Origin: Tubiluchus corallicola
Taxonomy: Eukaryota > Animalia > Priapulida
NCBI GenBank assembly: GCA_030141605.1
Contig: JAQGDQ010000006.1
Coordinates: 620,001-684,000, forward strand
Direction: 5' to 3'
DNA length: 64,000 nt
A model generated the notes under the pieces. That model was not told where the DNA came from. It saw nothing but the letters and a program-made list of their open reading frames with translations, and searched no databases. A program made the position numbers and the translations under genes. Numbering within the stretch: position 1 is the stretch's first letter; the number at the start of each line of letters is the position of its first letter. Positions 50,901 through 62,736 of the stretch are shown in pieces.

Positions 50901-52664
50901 CTTTTGTTCATGTTTGTTGTTTAATTATTATTTATGAGTCAGCGGTACTATATATTTAAAATGTTGGTCTTGAGCATTGATTACACGTTTAATTTTGCAG
51001 ATTTCATTAATTATTCAAAAAAATGTTTTTGTAAAACGTTAACAAATAAAATGTAGAATGGTGTTTATATTTATAATTGTATAATTGTTAACTTATTTAT
51101 GTACAACGCTTTTAAGTGTTCTTATCAAATAAACAATTTCTTTACATATGAAAAACGCATTAGCATCCATACAAATAGTTGCAAATTAATTAAATATAAT
51201 ATATAAAAACTGATGCTGCTGATAGCACCATGACCATAAAATATAATTTTAATTTGGTTTATATTTTTGTAATTTTGCACTTAAATAAGTTAATTATCGA
51301 TTTATTCAAAATAATGCATCTACATTTGACTTACCTAAGTCACATTTGAGTTACCAAAACACATTCGAAATTCCTATGTCTACATTTGACTTACCTAAGT
51401 CACATTTGAACTTTCCTGTGTCTACATTTGACGTGTAAAACCTATATTTGTCACAGTATATTGTCTTCATGTTTATTTCCAACGCATCTTTAGGACAATG
51501 CAGAATTAATTGATATCATCATAGTAGAATGAACAGCATCAAAATAAAAGTGATAGACGCTGATACTTACATGCGTATTACACATAACTATAACTTGTGT
51601 AATCCTATAGTATGTTGATCAAATTTAATATGACAGTCTTAATTCTCAAAGTACCATTCACTGCATTTTCACAGAAGTTTCTTTAGGCATGTTCTAATTG
51701 AAAATGTATTTTTTATAAATTTTCTTAATGCATTTTCAAATGATGTACACTTTTCCTGTAGGGTGTAAAAGTTGAAGAAACAACACCTGCTACGGTCCAG
51801 ACATACAAACCCAATCGTCCTAACAAAGATCATGACCGGGGCTATGATAGACGAGGGAGGTATCAGTCAGGAGATGAGAGACAAGGTAGTGCTACAAGAG
51901 GTACATTTCAAACTCGAAGAGGAGGGCAGTCCCGTCAGTCTAATTATCGAGGCAATGAAGCTTACAGTAGGCCCGCTGGACGTGGTGCACGTGGACGTGA
52001 TAACCGGCGCTATAGAAATGATCGACAGCCTGCACCAGAATACTCAGGAAAACCAAATATCGATCAAGTTCAGCCCAATGGTAACAAAAACCCAACTGTC
52101 CAAATTGAACAAAAAAGTTCTGGGAAACAGCAATCAGTCAAGTCTACTGGAGATGCCAGTTCAACAAAGGGAACAGCTCCACGTATTTCTCCTGAAACAT
52201 CTTCATCATTAGAAAATCAGAAAGTTATTGACAAAGGAAACAGCAACAGTCACATGGAGAATGTCCTACCCACAAGTGAAAAATTGCATAATGCACCTCC
52301 CAAGAATATTATAGTAAATTGTGATCCTGCACTTAATAATATAGCTAATAAAGTTGCTTCACTTACTGTCACATCCAGAGACAATGAAAAAGGTAAAACT
52401 GATGAACATGGTGGAGATTTTAAGCTCGCAGAGCAACCATTGCCCACTCTTCATCTAAACGGCGTGAGTTGGGGTGATGCAATGGAACTCGAGGACAGTA
52501 TGGAATCATTTGATAACAACATGAACAGCACTAAAAATAATAGTGCTAAACCTCAGCGCCGCATTCGAAATAAACGTAACTATAATTCCCGTAATCCGAA
52601 GACACAACAAAATATAGAAAAAGATGTGAAAATATCCAACTGTATAGGAAAACTTGACCATTGA
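26943..52664 (+). CDS. SPATS2: SPATS2/SPATS2L-like protein (spermatogenesis-associated serine-rich 2; DUF1387), ~758 aa
   Basis: Exons 26943-26973, 39028-39104, 40890-41054, 41375-41462, 43614-43743, 44153-44412, 44922-45051, 45950-46008, 46701-46810, 47672-47774, 48437-48657, 51762-52664. All introns are GT-AG with consistent phases; total 2277 nt. The N-terminus MARKNIANKKEADFVFDSRTNRVMAQ..KEKIQAVRDLVPNPGSNNDIVLVLQYYD..KEWNISGKQKK and the core LEKSLKDL..LDEREVDLIIEMDKVK..LELKADIKHFVSERKLEEEL match vertebrate SPATS2 as I recall it. RG-rich C-terminal exon. Confidence 0.93.
28181..29250. mobile_element. hAT-superfamily non-autonomous element, 8-bp TSD GTGTAGAG
   Basis: gtgtagag|caatgccattcaa ... 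ttgaataacactg|gtgtagag, with subterminal gggtggacca motifs at both ends. Confidence 0.8.
29725..30501. mobile_element. hAT-superfamily MITE, 8-bp TSD GTTGTAAA
   Basis: gttgtaaa|cagggct ... ccacagccctg|gttgtaaa, with repeated ccgactc subterminal motifs. Confidence 0.85.
31666..32276 (+). repeat. Diverged tandem duplication (~285 and ~325 bp units)
   Basis: actaaaactatttagg...ctaact..agcctttactt..taggagtg.agcag.tgtgct.ctatgaggct.tgc..actgagaatga.agaatgc.gcaaa.acttttagagatttttg..ccttt.tgcatctg at 31666-31949 and 31951-32276. Confidence 0.85.
32799..32843 (-). pseudogene. 5S rRNA-derived fragment (SINE3-like head or 5S pseudogene)
   Basis: The minus strand reads gaagttaaacaagaccttgcctggctagtagatggataagtgacc. 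It aligns without gaps to the 5S internal control region gaagctaagcagggtcgggcctggttagtacttggatgggagacc at about 32/45 positions. Confidence 0.6.
32900..35810 (+). mobile_element. Degenerate L2-clade LINE (APE + RT + 3' end) in SPATS2 intron 1
   Basis: SGDFNI (APE); WKESIVTPLMKK..NY; DLTAAFNTVNHDIL; GVSQGSPVGPILY; GYADDH; LSHLDFNN; QNMAARII..KYDHITPAL..LH; GDRAFSVCGAHLWNQLP (L2 signature). The 3' tail reads gtacagcgcc...aaataaataaactgtaactgtaac. Many frameshifts. Confidence 0.92.
36670..37390. repeat. Probable decayed non-autonomous DNA transposon
   Basis: Repeated aaaatggc.gccat / gccat.ttt motifs in both orientations, and weak terminal similarity tttttcagaaa / ttttctggaaa. Confidence 0.3.
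41609..42446. mobile_element. Foldback-like non-autonomous DNA transposon in SPATS2 intron 4
   Basis: TIR ggagcctaggtagagggtgc / gcaccctctacctagggctcc with flanks aatt / attt. An internal ~190-bp unit is repeated directly (41655, 41840) and inverted (~42225-42335). Confidence 0.7.
42606..43132 (-). mobile_element. Internally deleted hAT (Charlie/Buster-type) element retaining the transposase C-terminus
   Basis: TSD agctaagt/agctaaat and left terminus cggtggttcccaac. The minus-strand frames contain EIGFS and end in LIAEKQVQPSH*, the typical Buster/Charlie transposase C-terminus. Confidence 0.75.
49369..51444 (+). mobile_element. IS630/ISRm11-like Tc1/mariner DNA transposon (~2.08 kb) in the last SPATS2 intron
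   Basis: TIR taggttttaca(a/c)gtcaaatgtagac (24/25) flanked by TA on both sides (the termini could instead be GG..CC within TATA). Arrays of TCAAATGT subterminal motifs and a central transposase. Confidence 0.93.
49857..50883 (+). pseudogene. DDE transposase with two 1-nt frameshifts (~342 aa if repaired)
   Basis: HTH region LARQLGIKKSTAWAII, then PRGG, IFIDEAG (D1), VFDNAPAH (D2) and LPPYSPFLNIVEN (E). Frames join at ISRST/VANVLKG (~50165) and VEN/FSLWKAEMKR (~50672). Confidence 0.9.
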
Positions 52665-55600
52665 CTTTTAAGTGTTTTAGTATATGAGATTCCTATCTGT
52701 GAAAATCAGATGGAAAATTATTGCAAGTGCTGTCTCTCATCTTATGTTTGTACGAATAAGTTCAAACATTATAATTTGTTTTACGTATAGTAAGTCCTCG
52801 CTTAATGACAGCAGTTCATTCCAACAAGACATGGTGTTGGGCATTTGCTCATAATTCCTTTGTCATTTTCACAGTGCATTGATGTCTTATAACACATTAT
52901 GCTTCCGGTGACACCAAACGGTCTTCTCGAAGAAAGTGGACATCTTTTCAGCAGCTTTATCACACGTCCAATCCAATGCAACCTTGTTTGGTGTTATTCC
53001 AGGATCTTTTTGTCACTTCGTCATAAAGTTCGTTAGAAATTAGACCGTTCGACATCCAATAGTTTTTCATCTTCTTTGAAAAAACTATTGTTGTTTTACT
53101 TTCACTGTCTGCATTTCAGTGTTATATAAAAACAGTTTTTTGTTACTCACAAAAAACCTTCTAAAATTTGAGTAAGTTGTACAAGCTAGAATTTTCACAT
53201 TATTTCAAATGTATTGGGGTGCTTCCCGGCATTGTACAGTTATTGTTGCTTGCATTTATATGACAAGATTTGAACTTTTGAAGCAATTTGTTGCTAAACA
53301 GGCATCATTAGGCAAGGACTTTCTATATTTTGTTAGATATATTAATTACCTTTTTGGTAATGTTGCACAATTTGTTGTCTCTCGTTGATAAAATATCACA
53401 GGTAAAAATCTCTGGTTGTCGACAAGTTAATGACAAATTAACTTAATTAACTTAATCTCAATAAAACATTGTTATCATCACTTTTACAGCTGGTTAATTG
53501 GTACTTATTAATTTCATGACAAACAAGATTTCATTTCAGTAGGAAATTTTTATTGTGTACAGTGTGCCAAACAATCTCTTAATCATAATAGATTTTATGC
53601 GAGTGTTTTGTAGCAATTTAATATCCTATTCAGTCAAATGTTTATTACAAATTGTCCATTATATTACTTAGTTGGTGGTCAAAAAAGAGAACAACAGTAA
53701 GGCATGGTGTGTATTTCTCAATGCTGACTTCACGTTTAAATATTCTCTAGCTAAATTATTTTTTTTCAATTTTAACACAAATAGGAAGTTTAATGTCTTG
53801 TTGGCAACTTTATTTTTCATCAGAAGAGAATTTGAAGTAACCAAGATGACATTAATACAAACTGCGTGATCTGTTTCTGGTTGTATACCCTGTGAACAAT
53901 TTACAATACATATCATCCACAACTAGGAGCAGTTTATATGACCTAAGAAGTATTTGTAATGAAAATTCTTTGGTATTTCCATAATACCAGCTTCAGTGTG
54001 TACTTGATCTGACCTGCTGTATTTTTGTCATCTCTTCAATTGAAGCTGTGGAAGCTCTGCCGACTTGGTGATATTCAGATCCTTTAGGTAATCTTCTAAG
54101 ACATGTGCATTACATACACATCCTCTTTTAACAGATACTTGTATGTAATCAGCATTGACAAAGACAAAAACAGTTTCACTTTTGTACTTTGTTATATCTC
54201 CAGCTAGACTTTGCTCAATTAAAGCTTGTTACTTTTTACATTTTTTGGCAAAGTTCTGAATATGTTTTTACAATTTTACTAACAGTCGTTTTCTATAATC
54301 TTTGTAGCATTAATCTTGTAGCTGAGGTGGTCTTTGTAACATTTATGATGCAAGCTCACTTTGTACTTTTTTCCAGTAAGACAAGTGCCTTTAATAGGGA
54401 CCATAAAGTGTTTTAACGACTATGCATTTAATGTAATATAGATTCTCGTGTGTCTTAACTTTGTAAAGCAGTTTTTGCCTTATGTCTAGTTATAACTTGC
54501 ATGACATTGATTGTTATGCAAGGTCACTATCGAGGATGACAGAATTTGTTAAAGTTCATCCATTTCTACGCAAAACTTATGCCTTACTCTAATATGCATG
54601 CAAGGTTGGTGCTTATTTTTTACATTATTTAATTTACTTAAGCTAATCAAATGGTAAATAATTAAACTATAAGCAGATGTAGTCATTCCCAACATGCTAC
54701 CTGTGACTTGTCTGCTATTTTTGTACCAGTTGCAGGTGACTCGAGCCACAATGAACCATACATGTATATATATAACATTTTTGTATCTTCACTCACATAG
54801 CACTGATAATTTGACTCAACAGCTATCAAGGCTGATTATTGTTTTGCTTTCATGTTTTAGCAAACAGAATTTAAAATTGTCATGGCCTAATACTTAGCCT
54901 GGTGACTAAGAATTTTGTATACTGCAATTTACTAAGTGGCAATATTACATATTTTGCATCATTCGAAATTGTTCTACTTGTTGAGAAAGTAAATTGAAAT
55001 ATAGCAAATACATTAATATAATATCTGTAGTATTGTTTAGGTAGGATTGAGTTTGATGTATTAATGTGCATGTGAAAGTTGGTATTTTGCAAATAGAATG
55101 AGCATGACCTATTTAAAAGCTTTCAGATTAAAATTATTATTGTTATGTATAAAATTAAAGTTAAAATTTGTTTGTTTGTTGGTAATGGTTTGTATAAAAA
55201 TTATTGGTTGTTGATATTGTTATGCTTAAATGCAATATTTCTTGTACTGTAATGTATAATATTGTTTCGTTGATTGTTTGAGAAACAACATACTACACAG
55301 CAACTGTACAGGGTCGTAATATATGTACTGCATGGGTTATTATATATGAATCTACTGTAAATCGAACTGACTCGCAAGATTTGGCCTCTGTTTTCTGGCT
55401 TCCTTAAAATTATTATAAATGGACCTATTTCATAGGTCTAAAGAAACTAGTGTCAGGTGAACGTGATGGTGGAATTAGAAAGCAGAATAACAGAAAGCAG
55501 TTTTAAAGAAATGTTGTTGCGAATGGATATGTGAACCCTGTTTAATAGTCTGGAAAACACACGTTGTACTTAACCAGGTTAAGTTCGCTGGCTTTAATTT

Positions 55601-56087
55601 TACAGAAGGATTTTGTAATATCCCTTTGTGATTATTCACTCATGTGTGTAAGTATTTCAGGTAGCCATTCATAGGCATCGGTTGTCATTTACACCTATTA
55701 CTGGGCTTGTATGCTTTGTTGAGTTGTATGGAGTGCTTGATAGTAAATGAAACTATAATTTAATATCTCGTTTTGACAACATTGTTATTATAATTATTGT
55801 TAGTAAAACAAATAAAATCTGCCTTATTATAGTATTTGGTGTTGATCAAAATACGTTGGGAAAATTTTGGACTCGAATAAATTATTTATGAAAGTCAATA
55901 TGGCTTATTTTATATTTTTATTAACTATTGATTGTTCTTAAACGTCACAGCAAAACCTTTAATATTTATTATCTCATTAATTTCAAACAAATGAGAACGG
56001 CCATATTTATTGGTTGAAATTATTGTGAATATGCGATAAAAAAAATCTTGATTAAATTCGTTCCAGTATAGAAACTGATAAACAGTA

Positions 56088-56343
56088 AACCCTATTAAAT
56101 TATAACCAATTGAATTGATGAAAAAGTTGATGTGTATCTCAGCCACCCAAATTTTGTCACCAACGACGGCTCTAGTTATCCAGCTTACTGATAAACAGTA
56201 AACGCCAATTTACTGCTATGCGGGTCTAGTCAGTTATTACGTAACCCTATTATATTATAACCAATTGAATTGATGAAAAAGTTGATGTGTATCTCAGTCA
56301 CCCAAATTTTGTCACCAACGACGGTTCTTGTTATCCAGTTTAC
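56088..56343 (+). repeat. Near-perfect ~100-bp direct duplication (period ~155 bp)
   Basis: aaccctatta.attataaccaattgaattgatgaaaaagttgatgtgtatctcag.cacccaaattttgtcaccaacgacgg.tct.gttatccag.ttac at 56088 and 56243. Confidence 0.9.
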
Positions 56344-57189
56344 CCAAACATTCGCTGTGACATTATAAAAGAATCATTTGTGAAATACGATTTCCTCTCC
56401 TGCAAATACGAAGCTACAAAAATTGAAGTTGCCGGAAATAGAAATTGTTACCAGAAATGTTAAATACTGTTAGTTAACATACATTTGTATTTAGTTTAAA
56501 CTGCTTAATATTTGTGACTGAAAAACTGGATAATTTTATAGGTGAGAACTATGAAAACAAGACAGACTCGCGGCGAACAAAATTTGTTACATTTATACAA
56601 AAAATACAAATTTGTCACATCTTTGACTCAACTTGTGGATTTTTTTTTTATAAGTCAACCAACTATCTATTTTTCGAAAACCGTTCTGTTCACGTGCTAA
56701 ATGAAGTGGAGAAAGTGTGCAAAGATACCACAAGACTATTTTCATTGGAATTTGATCCACAGGCTAGCGTTTTCACGGACATTTAAATATATCTTGTTAT
56801 GCAACAGAACTGCAATTATGACTGCGTTTTCCTAACGGCCAGTATTAGCACTTACGTAAATGATGAGTTTGGTCACTCAAACTGGATACGCGATTGATGT
56901 TTATATTTATTTTTTAAATTGCTAACGGCTATTAAAACAGCCTTTAATGGCTATGAAGATATGAAGTTGTCCATTAATTTGAATTGCAACTTAACCTCAG
57001 TTATTTCAGTCAAAAGACTGTCAATGGGTCAGTAAATCGGTGACGTCATATTCTTACGAGCTATAGTACTTACATAGTCTAGCAACGTTTCTGATTATAT
57101 AATACGCTCTCAAATGTATTTTATAAGTACAAGCTTTTTATCTAGCCTTAAAATTTGTGGTGTTTTGCTGACCTGGTTTATCTATGTCA

Positions 57190-57840
57190 ACATTAAGAAA
57201 TGCCTCGCGAAGATGGATCATAATAGGGAACTCAGCGCCTCCATATTAAAACCCGAATGTTGACTCAAATTGGTTAACTGTTTTAATTGGCATTAATGGC
57301 AGTCTGAGGCATTTCGTGATGGACAAGCTCGGAACTAATGACGTGCAAGTGTTTCCTATTCTTCCTGCACTTTTTGAAGGCCTGTATAGTTGCATGTTAT
57401 ATGCCCGGTCTAATTATTCATCTTTGATGCTGAAGAGGTCTTGTTGTCCATGCACTCAATATGTTTGATAGGTAACTTTTGAATGCTTGGGATCAACACC
57501 TGCTATCACTAGAGACGGTAGAACCCAATGATTCATTTGAAAGTGCGGCCGCAGATGTTTTATCATGCAGACGGTTCAATGCAGCCGATGCTGCAGTAGC
57601 TGCTTCAAGCAGTTCGAGTGCTCACTGCAGTGCAGTATCTTTAAAATGCTGACGATCCAGATTGGAGATGCGTACTCTACGATTGCATGCATGTACACAG
57701 TAAATTAGACCTTTTAATCTCCATGGAACTTTTGTTAAGGAACTAGTTATGTCTAATTTAGAATTCGCTTTTTAACATCCACTGTCTGCTATTTGTATCG
57801 CTGGCGTGTGGTCGATGCACGACAGAGTACTCCGCGCTTT
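57190..57840 (-). mobile_element. Degenerate CR1-clade LINE 3' fragment
   Basis: The minus strand encodes ANSKL..., VEYASPIW, LPSL..QAFK, GH-NMQLY and KTVNQFES, remnants of the CR1 ORF2 C-terminal motifs (LEYASPVW, TRGH..KL, VV.A.TVN.FK). Confidence 0.6.
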
Positions 57841-59389
57841 TTAGCATTAGGAGAAACTGTTCATGTAGTTTTTCGATTCGTGTGTTGGATTAGTATAATT
57901 GTTTTATATTTACGTGACATATAATACGGTCCAAATGTGCATGAATTTACATAAAATTATGTGTATCAACTTAAATTTATCGTAAATATTACATAATTAT
58001 AATCATTATAATGCATCAACTTTCAATTGCAGTATTCTTTATATAGGTCCAGCCCATGACTTCACGTTATAGCTGGCCTCCTCAAACTTAGTCAGCAATA
58101 TTGGTCTAGCATTGCAGACTAGGAAAATTGTTCATTACGCAAAGCTGTAAAGCATCTTAGCAAAGTGCGTAATCTGACAAGCAGTAAAAGTAAATTTTTC
58201 TTTGGCCTTTTTAAGATGAATCCTCGTATTAAGGCCTAGGGGTTTGTTTTAAACATCACATATACATACGTGATAATCAAGCAAATTGTTTTCGGTTTTG
58301 CAACTGTGGGGTAAACTAAATTTTTAAAATTACATTTTTCCACAGCCTATTAGAAAAAACAACAATTAAGAATTATGATAATATGTGATCTGTGACAATG
58401 CATTTTATTCTGTTACCAAGTATACAGTTTATTGACTATTGGGGTTAAAAAGGCAGAAACGCTATACCTTATAATGCTTTCTCTTTGATATTAATATGTG
58501 ACTGCTTTGAAATGTGCAATGGAAAGTTGTAACAATATAATTGAAGCCGTCTATAATTAATAAAGAAATGCGCGAACTCCAGAGTAAAGGGCTTTAAATT
58601 TTGAGTTTCAAATAATCAGTGGCTATAATAACGGCACGCAAAAGCAAATTTTAACTAGTTGGGGTTAATTTTATTATCACATCTTCATTTGTTACAGCAA
58701 CAAATTTGCAGTTTTTATTTACGACCAAGTCAACCATTAAACCTAGAATGTCTGGTCCCTTAATTTTAAGCATGCAGATTTGTGTTTAGCATCCATTTAA
58801 ATTGAGTTAGCACGCAATTTTACATTAGAACTTAACTTAGCCATGTTAGGCCATTATAATAAGTGACTAGCTACACAGCTAAATATAATCTGAGACTGCA
58901 CAAAATGTCAAATCGCAATAAGAGCTCGAGCCATTATTGGTAAAATTTTGGATGCTAAAATTAATGCAAACATGCGCAAATTGTGCGTAGCTAGATTACG
59001 CTCGCTTTTAGTTTTGTTACGGAGACATTACAAAAATTATGTGAGTTTACATCTAGAATGACAGACGGATATTTATCATGGAACTATAATTTTCCCCGTG
59101 ATACCTAAGAAGATGCGCGCTTTCAATATGTGAAAGACCCCCGAATGCTTGATGGGTCTGATTATACAGACGCTCCCAATGCTGCAAGCAGTGGTTGCGC
59201 CCCTGATATTTTCAACCGACCTTTAAAATGACAATGTGTTTTCTCTTAACAGTTAGTTCAATTTTTATTGAACGATAATTTTTTCTATACACAACGACTT
59301 TATAAGATTTTCGGTTGTTACTGTAACTGTTATCGCTGTTAAGAGAAATCGATGATTTGTTCTAAACATAACGATGTGAATAATAGTAG

Positions 59390-59507
59390 TGGGAGGTAAA
59401 TAGAACAGCCGTGGTGGAGCTCTGGGCACGCGGTGAACAACCCAAGATTTTCTCCTCTCTTCAACGAAGAAATTACACATAAAATATAAAGAGAACTCAC
59501 AAGCCAG
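59390..59507 (+). promoter_or_regulatory. Probable non-coding first exon / promoter of the UBE2E-like gene
   Basis: CpG-rich patch ending in the donor CAG|GTACGT at 59507/59508. The next exon, with acceptor tttcacag at 62711, carries the ATG. Confidence 0.5.
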
Positions 59508-60801
59508 GTACGTTGAGTGTTTACCTACATCACACTAATTCCAATAATTAGTAAATTCGTTGAATACTGCGAAAATATGCAATACAATTTCGTGTCAAAT
59601 GTCGACGCAATCTTGCTGTATTTCCTGTAAGCTGTTCTTTGTTCGCAGCCATCCACGTAGTTGTAGTGTTATCGAACTGTGTCGATTTGTGTGTGAAGTT
59701 AGCATTCTCATTTTTTGTAGTTGTTTTTTCCTGAATGTTTTTAAAATTGCTTTTTTTGAACAAGAAATTTACAGAATGTTGTTAAGTATTGTTGTAATTT
59801 GTACGTCTCAGCAGTGTAACGTGATTTTAGGATCTGTCATTTTCGAGCTCACAGTCAGTTTTGATAGTGTACTAGGAATGTCGTAATACGTAATAACTGA
59901 ACATTACAGTAATAGACTATAGGGGCGAGGTGTTTACTCTCAAATGAGCGAATGTAGTTCCGAAAAGTGTATGTTATAAGAAATGATTGTTATAGAAATC
60001 ACACTTGCCATTTTGTTTGGTTACACATACGCGCATATATACCTACTGTACATGGGATAGTCGTGGCTACTGTAGAAATGTAATACCCATTTTTATGTTT
60101 TTTACGTTTAGTGCATGTGTAGACAGACATGTAGTTAGATACGTTGTTCTTTTTACCTATAGGTTAGTAAGCAGTGTATCTTGCATGTCATTAAAAGGAA
60201 TGGTTTTATACGATTAGAGTTCCTTTACTGTAGACTAGTTAAGTCTTATGTCATTTAACCTATTCTTTAAGGTTTTTACACCACCGAGTTGGAGTTAGCC
60301 TTAACATTCATTATTAGTACTGCCGCTTTGCAAATAATTGCATTAGTAAAGTGCATTACACGTGTTTTAGAAATATTAAAATTCAGCACCCTAACGACAG
60401 GAGCCTTCCTTTCCTTTATCTTTTCTTACCATCCATACTCTAGTCCTCTACTCGTAAAGAAGGTGTTTAAAAATGGTGGAGCTTCACTGTCTGTTTTCTA
60501 GTAAAGTGTTACAATAATCAATCTTTTTCACTACTTTTAGACAGCGTGTACGTGATTTATTTCTTCCTCTTGGCATTAATCAGCTACTTTTCATATATGT
60601 TATTAAGCTTCTTCATATTAACTTTAAGGCACATTTTGATGTACTTCTTTTACCTGGTTATACCATTTCATTCACAATGGAATGTTGCTTTGTACTGCAC
60701 TTTTGTAAATTTTTATTTTGTACATTTTCACTCTGATTAGTCAGGTAGCACTTGCTTAATGAAATTTTAAAATTTGTGTGCATTACTAACTACCTAAGTA
60801 A

Positions 60802-61395
60802 TACGGGTGAGCATCGAACGTTCGAATTCCGTCAAACAAGTTTTTTTTAGTTTGTATTCGATTCAAACCTAAAATTACAGATTCGTACAATTCAGCATGT
60901 ATACATATGGTTTTTATCATTAAAACGTTTGAAACATCATTTAATCAGCTCAGTTTAGCTGTAATTTCTGTGTATAATTTTTAAACAAATTATTAGTGTT
61001 TTTACTGTAGAACAAAATTAAGTAATAAACATGACCTTTGTAAGATCCGCTTTTTATTAGTGATTCGAAGATTTATCCTATAACGTGTATCATTCATCCA
61101 ATCATATTACACTGTCTACTTCCCGCCAAACTGTGGATTTTTTTGCTACTCTCCTTGGTGAAGTAACTTTCAAAACTAAGGACGTTCCATTGAGGTCTTT
61201 TTTGTGTAAAATCCATCCATGTAAGCAATCTGCCTCCATAATTGCATAGATAGTTGAAGATTTATCTATTTATTCGAAAAGCTCTTAGACTGAATTCACA
61301 TTCGATTTGGATTCGAAAATGGTGAAATTCAGTATGATCATATATTCAGTATATTCAGATCGAATTCACTTTCTGGTAGAAAATGCTCACCCCTA
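60802..61395. mobile_element. hAT-type MITE (TAGGG terminus)
   Basis: TIR tacgggtgagcat / atgctcaccccta, partial TSD ctaagtaa/ctaagcgt, and many ttcga subterminal motifs. Confidence 0.65.
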
Positions 61396-62119
61396 CTAAG
61401 CGTCAACTGGTTGTGTTCATAAAGTCTATGACCTACAATAAAACACATTGAAATTAACTCACACAAAGAAGTTTGTCACATTTAACAAGATGCTTGTGAT
61501 TACAAACAGTGAAGGCAATTGTGAGAATACCTATATATGTTAATAAAGTGAATACAAGGGTGTCAAAAAATAATTAAACATCCCCATTCCCATATAAAAG
61601 ACACTGAAAGGCTAAAAGAAAAGATAAAAGCCAACAAAACCTCCATAAAGACCATTTAATTGTGAGTAATGAACTTATTCTTAAAGCACAAGAAAACCCT
61701 TCATAAACATAAAGCTTAAAAAATTTGTCTTGAAATCTTATATCACTTACATACTGCCTTTTTACATACAGGACTTTCGCGATGACTGTTAGATGCAGCC
61801 GTTTTGACGACAGGTCAAATGAAACACGTTTAGATAACATTGTGTTAACTTTGAAAAAATAATCAGCATTCATAGTGCACACATCACTGAGTAAAATTTT
61901 TGAAATTACTGTATCTTGTCAATAAGATTAAAAATACGTTTTTGGTTAGTGAGTGGTGCACCCTGGAGGGTGAGTCAGCAACATTTTACCAACTGATGAA
62001 AATATTTGAAATAATTAAAGTTTTCTTTTCTAGTTACATAAGTCATCCCAGCAGGTAAGCGAAAAGCTAAGTAGTATAGATTTACATAGAAACTTTTTTG
62101 GACGTCATTTAACATTGCC

Positions 62120-62297
62120 TTTTCTTCCTCTGGTTTGTGTTTGTGTAGTGACGTCATGTAATGGCGACTTCGGAACAGACTGCGGGAGATTTATTCCTTT
62201 CAATGCGAGTAGGATACATGCATAAAATTGCTGTAAAGTAATATAATTTTTAAGGCGATTTTTCTGAAACCTACTTCTGGTACTCTTTTCTTATCCC
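62120..62297. mobile_element. Partial Kolobok-type MITE copy
   Basis: Homologous to 4480-4722; ends ttttcttatccc|ttaa. Confidence 0.6.
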
Positions 62298-62736
62298 TTA
62301 ATATCTGGTATTACCTGCTTCACAGTTCTCTGGTGGCCATAAATAAAAGAATACGATTGATCAAGATTGACTTCAGTGGGAATAACTTACTTCTTAAAAA
62401 CCTTGTTGAATTTTGATTTATGACAATAGAAAGTGGCCAGAACTGGAAAAATAGATTAGAAAAGAAATGAAAAGTAAAGATTAAAAGTATTATAAAATGT
62501 GTTTATAAATCTGCAAGTAACTTTTAGTCTTACCTGGTCCATCGTGCCTTGACACCCTGAACATAATTGTAAGTTTACACTGACCTTATCTGGTATAATT
62601 TACATTTTTAAGTATATTGGCATAGATTCAGTTATAGGTTTGTAAAGTGAATTATAATTTGCTAACATCATATGATTACGTTTTTCTATTTCATAATTCA
62701 AAATTTCACAGATTCTTAAATCTGGACAATAAAGCG

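Noticed and set aside
50884-51300. Possible Fanzor/TnpB cargo or guide RNA in the IS630-like element
   Set aside because: The region is only ~400 bp, very AT-rich, and has no ORF or RuvC motifs.
52786-53060. Tigger/pogo-like terminus (tagtaagtcctcgcttaatgac) in the SPATS2 3' UTR
   Set aside because: I could not identify a matching right TIR.
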